DNA of 64,000 nt from positions 76,260,001 to 76,324,000 of the forward strand of contig OZ024746.1 of NCBI GenBank assembly GCA_964016885.1, read 5' to 3'. This DNA is from Eledone cirrhosa (taxonomy: Eukaryota). The notes below the pieces were generated by a model that was not told the origin of the DNA, searched no databases, and was given only the letters and a program-made list of their open reading frames with translations. The position numbers and the translations under genes were made by a program. This document shows positions 53,185 to 64,000 of this stretch, in pieces. The stretch's first letter is position 1. The number at the start of each line of letters is the position of its first letter.

Positions 53185-53315
53185 AGTTTTTGATTTAATA
53201 AATTTTGACCTTGTTGTTGGAAGTCTGAAACTATTATACTGATTTGTCGAGTTGTTTCAATAAATGTTTCTAGTTGGTGTTCTAGAGACTCGAAACGTTC
53301 CGTTTTGTCCGCCAT
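53185..53315 (-). CDS. MED10: Mediator subunit 10, exon 1
   Basis: MADKTERFESLEHQLETFIETTRQISIIVSDFQQQGQNLLNQKL, GTAAGT donor. The 4 exons give a 137 aa protein matching MED10. Confidence 0.95.
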
Positions 53316-54027
53316 GTTGACTGGGAAATAGTCGGTGTTTCGTTAAATTTAAACCGTATTATTAAACACCCGGAGAGTTGATAAATTTTATTACAATGGA
53401 CACGCCTCTTTAAATTAACAAAACAAAAGCCTAATAGAATTCAGTTTAAAATATAATTTATTAAACTTGAAAATTAAATAATTTAAAAGTTTAAATTCAA
53501 AGAAATCTTCAAAGTTTGCAATCAACTTCCCATTCCCTTCAAATTGCTGGTCTTTTGCCTAAAGTAGATACAATTATTATAGATATTGTTAATGCCATAC
53601 CAGATTTTCATATCTAATTAACATTTAATGTAGCGTTTTTTCACTTTATTTTAAGGACATTTTCAGATCACACTCCTAATTAGATTTGGAGGAGGAGTGT
53701 TAAAGGACATTTAGGAGACTATTTTCATTTAATTCGTAATTGCCCTTATAGTTGGCAATATTAGTATTTCATTTGATATATACACAGTACACTGTTCGTT
53801 CCTAAATTAGATTCCTCCCCAATTCCTCTCTATGATAAAATTCTTCCCATGGGAGCTAAATACTAAGAACCACTGACATAGCCACTCCTAGCATTGTTAG
53901 AGAACACCGCTTGGTTTGTTTTTAAGCCAACTAAATCCCATGTAGTTCAAACCTACTGACTGGTCTCCCTTTAATTCATGTGATAAGAGAACTGCCCATC
54001 AGTCTCTTGGAGTGGAATACTTTCACG
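53309..54027. promoter_or_regulatory. Probable bidirectional promoter region MED10/VPS16
   Basis: Divergent ATGs 712 nt apart. A YY1-type motif CCGCCATGTT overlaps the MED10 ATG. Confidence 0.6.
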
Positions 54028-54071
54028 ATGGCTACAGCCAACTGGAATCCGCTCGGAGAGGAGTATTATCG
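54028..54071 (+). CDS. VPS16: VPS16 exon 1
   Basis: MATANWNPLGEEYYR, GTAAAT donor. Confidence 0.9.
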
Positions 54072-57000
54072 GTAAATATATTTCTTTTAAAAACGTTTTT
54101 CAGATGGCGTATATGTTGATGCATTCCAATATGTTAATTTACCACACAAAATTAATTTATTTTGCTGTTTGAAGATCCACATTATGTATATCACGTTTCT
54201 AAACAAGATGGGTGTACGTATGTCTCAATGTTTGTATTTCCCTCTTTGCGAAAACGTTTTCATCTCGAAATCTTCTACACTGATGATGCAACACTATTTC
54301 ATTTGATAAATCTTTATTACAGACCACTACTGAAGAAAAGGAAATACTTTTGATCATAGATCTACGCGATCAAGTTTGATCTGAGGACTAAACAACATCT
54401 AGCTATTCCATTAGATATATCATAAGTCGGAAATCAGTAACTCTTTATATCCCACTTTACTTTATTGCCATTATATATATTTCAAATTTTGAACATTTGA
54501 TTAAGCGTTACCATAGGCAGTGGACATATGATGAAACCGAAACTCAGTATATTACGATTACCATTTGTTTATGTGACATAGGTCAACTCGCAAACAAGAG
54601 TCGGCGCTGCCATTAAGGCCAACTAGGCAGCCACCTTGGGCGCAGACCTAAAAGGGGAATTATTGAGCGTTAAAAGATCAGTTTTATACAAAATTGTATA
54701 AATAATTTAAATGTATAATAATTTCTTAGTGGGGTCAAAACATAAAGTGTGTAAAACTAGGTTTGTCAGCTTATTATACTTATTATATTTGGGAGAGTGG
54801 GGTGCATTATATGTTTAGCTTATCTGCCGTGCTTGCAAGCAATGTCCTCTTATCTATGAGGCTTATTTTATGAGATTCACTCTTTCTTTTTATAAGTATT
54901 CTTTCTTCGAGTCTATTTCATCCACCCTACATTGGTACAGTCGTTAAGGCGTCGAATTAAATAATAATAATAATAATAATGAAATTATTGTGTACAGTGC
55001 TCAGGTGCACTACAACTCATCAAAGGTGCATGTATAGTACATAGAATAATGTACAAATGTCAGGAAAATAAACAGTGTATGAGTCATGATATAATAACAA
55101 TAACGAAATATTGTGCACAGTGCCCAGGTGCACCACAACTCATCAAAAAAGTGCATGTACAGTACATAGGGCAATGCACAAACATCAGTAAAATGAACAG
55201 TGCACGAGTCATGATACACACATGTGTGCATGTGTATGGAAGGGGTACATCAGGTGTAGTTTTGGCGTATGTCTCTATTTGTTCCAGTTCATATTTTTCT
55301 GAGTTCAAATCCTGTCAAGATCAATTTCACTTTTCATCCTTTTGTTTTCAAAAATTAAATTACCTGACCAGGGTCAATGGATTGGCCAAATTATCAAAGA
55401 TGTGGACGGAATCCAGCTGTGTGTGTTATAAGTTCATATTCTTCTTCCTTTTGTCAGAGGAGTTGCAACTAGCAGATAACATCGGCAATGGAAAGTCCTA
55501 TGAAAACATTGTTTCCTTGGTCGGACCTCACATTTTTATTATTAACTCACATAATTTCACCCTAAGTCGAATCACTCACAATATTTTCACCATAGTTTGA
55601 CAAATACCTTTTATTTCCTGTAACAGAAAACATCTACATGGTTGCTTGAGCTGCTAGATATAGCAGCTAAATTTCCTTCAAATCCCACCCTACAGTCTTA
55701 AAAGAAAGAGCACTTTGAGTGATGTACTTACAAAAAATACAGAATAGTCACGGTTGGGCTGCTTTTGATCATAGCTCTGCTTGGTGAGGGCTGACTTGAG
55801 GTTAAATAACAACTATGTGGTTGGTCTATCATGAACAGAGTGGTTACAGTACACATTGTGATGCATTACACAGCTTCTGGTGGATTTTAACCTGATGTCT
55901 TTACAATTATTGTGAATTAAATAATTGTCAACCCATTTTATTTTATTTATGTTGTCAAAAACTTCATTAAAGCTTTTATGTAACAGCTAAGGTAACATTT
56001 AGGATACTGTAGAGTAATTAATGTTTGGATTGGCAGTATCGGAGGTGTCGGACAACATACTTCGCAGCATAGAGTTCAAATCATATTGAGGTTAGCTTTG
56101 CCTTTTATTCTTATGAGGTTGATAAAATAAAGCACCAGTAATACTCTGGGGTCAATTTAATTGACTTTCCCCTCCTCTCCAAAATGGCTGGCCTTGTGCC
56201 TAAATCAGAAACCAATATTATAGATAAGTTGTGTTAGAACTTCGACAATTCCGATGACAAGTGTTCCAGTTGATTCAATCAAGAGAACTACCTGGTTATA
56301 AAATTAACATATAAATGACTTAACATTCCATAGACGTGTGCACCCTTAACTTAGTTCTTAGGGTAATAGAGTGTGACACAATGTGTGACAAAACTCTCCC
56401 CTTGAATTACAAGTACAACTAATTTCTGTCAGCTGAGTGGACTGGAGTAATATGAAAGAAAACATCTTGCTCAAGTACACAATATGCCGTCATGTCCAGC
56501 TCAGGGCTTTACAATCGTAAACTGAACACCCTAACCACTATGCCACACAGCTTCACAATGTAGATGCTGTCATGGCTGTGTAGTTTAAAAGTTCGCTTCT
56601 AAAGCATATAGTACTGGGTTCGCTCCCCCTACAAGGCAACTTTGGCAAATGTCTTTTGCTATCGACTTGGATCAACCAATGCCTTCTGACTGAATTTAGT
56701 AGAATAGGAACACTGAAAACCCATATGTGTTACTATATATCTTCACCTCCGTAATACATTAACGTAGAAAGAACAACAATAATATAATCTATTTATAATT
56801 TATCATAATATTCTCCCCCACTCAATGATGTTACCACTATATTTAATCATATCCGTGTGGTGGCTTTTTAATCTAGTATCCTCAAACAGCAAGTGGCATC
56901 ATATTAAAGTTAAAACAATGTGAAAATATGGTGAAATCCAAGTGACTAGAGGGTAGTGGCTTGATGGAATTGTTGGGGCATTAAACAAAATGATTTGTTC

Positions 57001-57377
57001 CAGCTTTTTATGTTCTGGGGGAAATTTCATTCACAACTCAATTCCCCAAAACTTGACTCTGTGCCCAAAATTCCATGTACCTGTTGGCTGCCAAAGATTC
57101 AAGTCAATATGGAAGAGAAGGACACAATCAAGGAAAGAATGGAAGCACAGTGTGACCAGTGATGTATAAAGACATCTGATCCACTGGTTGTTCCAAGAGA
57201 TCCTCAATCATGAATTCAAATATTTTACTTTTTCTATTATTAAACTCTTTTGTTGTATTTTGTTTCTAATAACATTATAAGACTGTACTTTATTGTAGTG
57301 ATGTCAGCAAATCATTTTTTTATTTTTTTTATTTAATCGTTTTCTTTTTGTGAATTAAAATATTTTATTAATTCCAG

Positions 57378-57472
57378 AAAAACAGAAATTTATACCATGG
57401 ATTGGATCATCAATGGCAATGTGGACCTTTCCAAAAACAGAGTGGCTGCAGCCCCATTTGCTGGACCTATCG
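57378..57472 (+). CDS. VPS16: VPS16 exon 2
   Basis: KTEIYTMDW...VAAAPFAGPI. Confidence 0.95.
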
Positions 57473-58489
57473 GTAAGAAAACAATGTATTCAATGTTGTG
57501 AGCAGTACATTATGAAAGATATGTAGGCTATGTTCTATCAGCTCTACAATTGCTTTGTCATTTATGTACTTTATTAAGGTAGTGGAGTGCTAGGTTAAAT
57601 GCTTTATACCATATAGGTTTTCTCTTTGGGTTTTGAGTTTAAATCCTACGAGAAACAACTTTCCCTTTCAGTAATAATTTTAAAATACTTTTTATAATAA
57701 TTTTTATTTTATTAATACTGACTTTGTACCTAATCAGATTAATCAAAAATGCTTCAACATTTATTAACTCTGTCTTGAACATAGATGTTCATCAGACCAG
57801 TGCTTATCCCAGTTTCATGAAAATTAAGTATTAAATAACTGAGAATTCAAAATTCTTCCCTGGATGGGGTACTTATCTATTGCAAGTTTTATTATTCAAT
57901 TCTAGCAGCTTTAGGTTCCCATATATTGATTTCTAATTTAGGTACTAAACCAGCAAATTTATGGGAAGGACAAAGTTGATTAAATCAACCCCAGTACTTA
58001 ACTGGTACTATATCTTATTAACTCTGGAAGGATGAAAGGCAGAGTCGACCTTAGCAGGATTTGAACTCAGAATGTAATGAACCAGAACATATACCACAAT
58101 GGTATTTTATCCCACACTCTACTAATTCAGCCAATCCACCATCCTTTAGTTTCCTATATATTAAATTTCATGGATTAGCAGGTTGAAATTTATGAATAGT
58201 TACATCACATGCAATGCCACTTCACATAGATATTATCAACTTTCTAGAAGAAAGTCTTTCGTCTTATGTTTAAGAAATCTTAGTTCATTTAAGTTTATGA
58301 TGAAGGCTCTGCTAGCATGTTCTGATGAAGCTTGTCAGCTAATTGATTGATTTGTATTTTATATTTATATTTACACTAATGTAATTTATAAAGATGACAA
58401 TCTAAGTTACAGTTATCAGTAAATTGAACTTCTAGTCTATATTTAAAATTCAAGTTTTTTTCTTTCAATTAAAATTAATTTTTTTTTAG

Positions 58490-58587
58490 CATTACTTCGT
58501 GATGATTCCAAAGTTGGTCGAGTTTCCAATACAAAACCAATTCTTTATATATATAATGCAGCTGGAAGAGAGATAAGTCACATGAGG
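58490..58587 (+). CDS. VPS16: VPS16 exon 3
   Basis: ALLRDDSK...KPILYIYNAAGREISHMR. Confidence 0.95.
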
Positions 58588-58699
58588 GTAGGTGTATTTA
58601 GTTTTCATATTCTAAAATTTATTTTACCTCTTCCTTACCATAATTTTAAAGAAATACACAGCCTTTACTTTTCAAATGATGGAGAAGATAGACTTTATA

Positions 58700-59150
58700 T
58701 GCAGTAGATGCACTGCAGAAGTAAGTACTAAGAGCATATGTGAAATTGATTCTTTCAGCTGCATGGATGGCTCCCTAGAAGTTGTTGACAGATTTTACTA
58801 CTTAGGGCACCTAATTAACAGTGGGCAATAATGCTCTGAAAGCATGAAAGCTGGGATAAGACTGGGCTAGAAAAAGTTTAGGGAGTTTGCACCTCCATTG
58901 ACAGCAAAGGGCTTCTGTTTCAGAGTGAAGGCTAAACTGTATGATGCCTGTAATGCTATATGGACATCAAGGTCCTGAAATGGGCTCACATCCACAGTAT
59001 CTACTCCTTCCTGTTGAAGGCCCAAGTCAGATGGACAGGTCATGTTGTCAGGATGTCAGACAACCAAAACAACTACTCTATGGAGAGCTGAGCCAAGGCA
59101 AGTGCTCAGTTGGCAGACAGAAGAAATGTTTTAAAGATAATTTAAAAGTG
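58700..59150 (+). mobile_element. Degraded RTE fragments in a VPS16 intron
   Basis: Homology to the RTE 3' region, plus PKQLLYGEL..G..SVGRQKKCFKDNLK. Confidence 0.65.
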
Positions 59151-59869
59151 TCACGAAAAATGCACACAGTGCCCTCTAGAAACCATGCCAAAAGGGTCAA
59201 GAGGGTTCTTTAATTGTGTCAGGGGATTGTCAACGTGTCTAGATTTGGTGATTTCCATTTAACCCTGTAAAGTGGTTGATGATAAAAAGCACATCCAGCC
59301 ATAGAAAACTTGCCAAACAAATGGTCGAAAGATCCCTTCAGTTGTGCCACAGACATGACAACCTTCCTAGTTGGTGATCTGCACAATAAATGCACTCTTG
59401 GAATGTGGTGTTGACAAGCTGCCCTCTACTCTAGAATGCTGCTCATTGTGAAAAATCACACTCCGTATCCTTTCTTTTGAAAAAGAGTTCCTAACCTCAA
59501 AATATCATGAAATATATGGGGAAAATGTAAACTATTGTTTTGTTTTTTTTTACTTTATTCTACTATAGTTTTCACTTTTATATTTATTTCTAATTTACAC
59601 TCTACCAATTTACCTCCGAACAATCCTAACAACATATTTCACAATGCTTCATATAAATTATTCTGTTTAATCCTCATGAAACAGATAATTTATGTGTAGT
59701 AATTTATTTTTACAATGAATACTTCTGTATTCTTACAATATAGCCTATTGGAAACAATAGGAAGGACTTGGGACTATTCTTTTACTCTGGTTATTGGATA
59801 TTTATTTCTCTTGTATTTTCACATATATACTGTATGTTTATTTAATTTTTTTATTGCTCTCTTTTGCAG

Positions 59870-59998
59870 TGGAGCAGTGGCAATCTCATACAGATTGGCT
59901 GGTCCAATACAGAAGATCTTCTATGTATCCAGGATGATGGTGTTGTTCTTGTCTACAATATGTTTTGTATTTTTAAGAAAACCTTCAGCATGGGTGAT
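59870..59998 (+). CDS. VPS16: VPS16 exon 4
   Basis: WSSGNLIQIGWSNTEDLLCIQDDGVVLVYNMFCIFKKTFSMGD. Confidence 0.95.
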
Positions 59999-61100
59999 GT
60001 AAGATAATTGTTATAAAAGTTCACTTGTATTGTCATATTTACTGATTATTTTATCATTTGAAGCTATATATATATATTCATAGGGAGTGAATAATATATA
60101 TAAAGTGGTAGTCCTGGTACTATGGTAATTTTAGAAAGTAGTAGTGTTAGTGCCACAATACTATATAATGGTAATGCTGGTGCTATTGCAATCATCATCA
60201 TCATCATCGTTTAACATCCATTTTCCACGCTAGCATAGGTCTGGACGGGAATTGTCCCACTTGAGGCAAGATTGGTTGTCTTGCTCAGGACTGTCTGGCG
60301 GGTTTTCTACGGCTGGATGCCCTTCCTAACACCAACCACGTTTACAGTGTGGACTGGGAGGTTTTTACCGTGTTACCTACACGGCCACATTACAGCGTGG
60401 ACTGTGTGTTTTATTGTCGTGACACCTACACGTCTGGCGGGTTTTCTATATATATATATAAAGTGGTTATATTGGTGCCATGGTAATATATATAAATTAA
60501 TAGTACTGGTGCTATGACAATATATAAAGTAGTAGTACTGGTGCTATGATAATATATATAAAGTGGTAGTACTGGAGCCATGATAATATAAAGTGGTAGG
60601 GGAGCTATACTATAGCTGGATGCCCATCCTGATGTCAACCATTACACATTTATGTATGGTAATTATCCCATTGATTTTCACACATCACATCACTTGTTGT
60701 TGGACATTGTGTTTATGTGAGACATGCCACCTTTTTAACCAGTCAAATGTGAAGATATTTGCAGTGTCAGTCACACACATACACATAAGATGGGCTTCAG
60801 TATGGTTTCTACTCACCAAATTTCACTCAAGGCATTGACCAGTCCAATGCTATAGAAGAAGAATCTTACCCAAGGTGCCAAAGCATATGGTTGCAAGGTG
60901 AACTTCTGAACTACACAGCTATGCCTGCACCTATCTATTTATATATATATATAAATGAGAAGACCAATGATCTTTATTGTTATACAGCCAGCCAGATAAG
61001 AAATTTAAGGTATCTTTTTATAAATATTTGTCAATTGATTTATACCTGTGTCCATTTTCTGTCCTTTTAAAGCTATGTTAATTTTTTTTTTTTTTTTTAG

Positions 61101-61245
61101 GAGGCAAAAACTTTGAAAGTTAAAGACTGTAAAGTGTTTCAAGGATTCCATGGCACAGGTATTGCCATCATAACCAATTCCCTGAGAGTATTTATTGTGA
61201 ACAATGTAGAAGATTCTAGAATTAGGCGTCTTGCTGAAGTTCCTG
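61101..61245 (+). CDS. VPS16: VPS16 exon 5
   Basis: EAKTLKVKDCKVF...GTGIAIIT...RIRRLAEVP. Confidence 0.95.
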
Positions 61246-62109
61246 GTAAGTTTTATGATGTTAAAATAAGATTCAGTGTAGAAGAATCATTTTAGCCATT
61301 TAAAAACACACAAAAACTGTTAACTCTGTTTTATAGATATCATTTATAAAGACTTCAACACAATAATTGCTTTAGTTTCAACACCTCGTTTCAGATTAAG
61401 TCACTTGCCAGACAAGTATAACTCTGAAATCTTTCACAATTTCTTCTAATTACATTGTTGTTAAAACAATGATTCTTTTACTTCATTTGCCACTTTCATA
61501 ACATTCTGGCAGATGTGGGAGAAAAATTTGTTACACATTCAGGATACCAATAGTGTTTTTCTTTTTTATTTGTACCTTCTGTAAAGTGATGATAAAGAAA
61601 CATAGGGTACAGAGGATCCTTGAACCCTGTTGTGAACTTCACAACCTCTCTAGTGTTGGTGTCAGTATAAAATGCCCTCAGTGCACTCTGCAAAGTGGTT
61701 GGCAACTGAGCAGAGACAATATAAGGTATAGAGGACTTTTCAGTCTAGCTGTATGCTATCAGTTACTGGGGAAGGTTAACCTTGTGGCTGGCTGGCATTC
61801 CTTCCATGGTCCAAATCGAAGAACCACAACCTGCTCATATTTGTCTTGATTTCTATGGCTGGATGCTCTTCCTAATGCCATATTATTATATGATAAAGGA
61901 TAAAGGATTGTTTGTATAAAGATCTTTCTCTAACTACAACAACAATGCTAAAGCAAGGGTTAAATTTCTGAGTTCCATAATGGGTTTCATACTCATCATG
62001 AGTTCCTTTTTGAGGGAATATTTTACAGCCAGATGCCTTTCCTGATACCAACCCTTTTAGTCATCTCTTAGGACACACGGTGATATAATGAAATGTTGAT
62101 TGCTTTCAG

Positions 62110-62228
62110 GTCTCCAACCATCTTTCAGTAGCTGGATTATTTTGACAGTTGATAGGCAAACGAAAGCTATGGTTGCTAATGGCTCAGAACTTGTTCAAAT
62201 TGACCAAGGCGGACAGTATGAAGTAAAA
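62110..62228 (+). CDS. VPS16: VPS16 exon 6
   Basis: GLQPSFSSWIILTVDRQ...QYEVK. Confidence 0.9.
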
Positions 62229-63334
62229 GTAAGTTTTAACACTTTTGTTACCATAGTTTAAACAAAAATATACTTCTTAACCCTTTAACTTTTTCATTAC
62301 TCTATATTTATTATTATGTTTTCACAGTAAATGTTTACCTCACATAATATCGAATCTACAAGATTTTGATATTATTTATTTTGAGAACAATACCTTAACA
62401 TAAGTATGAGCAGCTGGTTATGGCCAGTTTGAACAGAAAGAGGTGAGAGAATTCTGGCTGAATACAGCCGGTTTAAATGCAATAATTATTAGCAATAATT
62501 ATGAGAGGTTTAGTGAAATAACTAACTTTCTATGCAATACTGGTTTCTAATTTTGACACAAGGTCAGAAATTTTGGGTGGGGAAGTGGAAAGTTCATTAT
62601 ATCAACCCAATACTTGACTGGTACTTTATTTTATTGACTTTGGAAGGATGAAAAACAAAGTTGACCTTGTTGAGATTTGAACTCAGAATGTAAAGATATG
62701 GAAAAAATACTGCTAAGCATTTGTTCACTGCTCTAATGACTCTGCCAATCCATTTTGTTGTACAACGCAATAATAAAAGAAAAATATTTAACTGCTGAAA
62801 TTGCTAATCAGTGAACTAACAGGTGACTAAAAGGGTTGGTGAATTTTCCTGTAGCCATGTTCAGATAATATATATTTGTCTGTGGTTCAACAAAAAAAAC
62901 TTTAATTTCAGATATTTATTCTTGAATATATAAACTGAATGACCACTTAGCAACATTGTTAGGGTGTCAGATTAAATTCTATGGTATTTGTTCCAGCTTA
63001 CTATGGTTTGAGTTCAAATCCTAGCCAGGTAAACTTTGCTTTCATCTTTGTAGGGTGAATGAATAAAGTACCAGTCAAAGTGAGGTGGTTTATTAGAATT
63101 ATTAAAGATGCTTTGCTGTATCTGATCTGACTCTGTGTGTTCTAAGTTCAAGTTCTACATTGAGTTGTAACTGATAGATAGTAACAGCCAGCAATAGATG
63201 TGGCCATCCATTGCAGTAAAGCAGCCATTAGAAAAAAGTTATGTTAAAATCAATGAAAGCACTGTTTCTATTGTCTGATTTGATGATCATCACCTTTTTC
63301 TTTTTCATAGTTTAAAATCTTTTTTTATTTATAG

Positions 63335-63457
63335 CCTTTTCCTCCTCCAAACTCGGCTGAAGCAAATGTGATTGACATGGCTTTATCTTCAAACAAGAAA
63401 TCTATTGCTTTGTATATGTCAACCGGCCTTATTTGGGTTGGAACTGTAGATCTCAAA
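63335..63457 (+). CDS. VPS16: VPS16 exon 7 (gene continues beyond the window)
   Basis: PFPPPNSAEANVIDMALSSNKKSIALYMSTGLIWVGTVDLK. Confidence 0.9.
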
Positions 63458-64000
63458 GTAAGTCCAACAATCTTTTTTTTTATATCTTACTGCTGTGATA
63501 AATACAATTTTATATTTCCAGATTAATTATTTGTTTTACCTTTTTTTGTCACCATATTTCTAATGGAATATACAGCCTATAATTTTCAATTCATTTTTTA
63601 AATGATTTTTAAAAATTGAAGGATTTAGTAGGCTGGTGTTTAGAACATAACTTATGGAAATGTTCTTACAAAAAGTTATAATGGAAGGTTTAAATTTAAA
63701 CATGAACACTTTAAAGCAAATGGTTTTTCTTCATATAAGCAGGGGTGGTTTCAGGCAGGTTGATATCAAAAGGATTAAAGACATATTTTTAGTAATAATT
63801 TATTTTAAAGATATTTTTGCAAATTTGGGCAATTATTTTTTTACCAGTAGACTCTCTTTCAAATTTTAATCACTTAATTATAAAATAGGAAGCAACAAGT
63901 GCTATGATCTTCCAAAATCTTGAGGGTTTATTTCATTACTAAGATAGTATCTTAACATAAAGCATGTGATTTAGTGGCTATTGTGTTGGGTAGTATCTAA

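Noticed and set aside
55010-55600. 183-aa ORF in VPS16 intron 1
   Set aside because: Spans a ~120 bp imperfect duplication and a SINE fragment, with no recognisable protein features.

Overview
AT-rich, intron-containing animal genomic DNA. The repeat landscape (tRNA-head SINEs, (GAT)n-tailed RTE LINEs, many microsatellites) resembles octopod cephalopod genomes; that taxon call is an inference. Manual splice-site reading gives four genes. (A) The last 3 exons of an uncharacterised gene (262-2392, +). (B) A paralogous secreted-protein gene (ATG 13630, signal peptide, 5 shared exons, 308 aa) whose last coding exon is present as THREE intact, divergent tandem copies (32860, 39444, 42337), each with its own acceptor, stop and AATAAA. 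(C) MED10 (4 exons, -, 46807-53315). (D) The first 7 exons of VPS16 (+, from 54028), head-to-head with MED10. The best candidate for a novel system is gene B: a signal-peptide/propeptide protein with an apparently switchable, fast-evolving C-terminal module, sitting next to a divergent paralogue. Also notable are a ~350 bp foldback carrying two minimal hammerhead-ribozyme motifs in the intron before the alternative exons, and a Helitron nested in a TTAA MITE whose empty site is also in the window. Most ORFs in the supplied track are non-coding noise or TE fragments.
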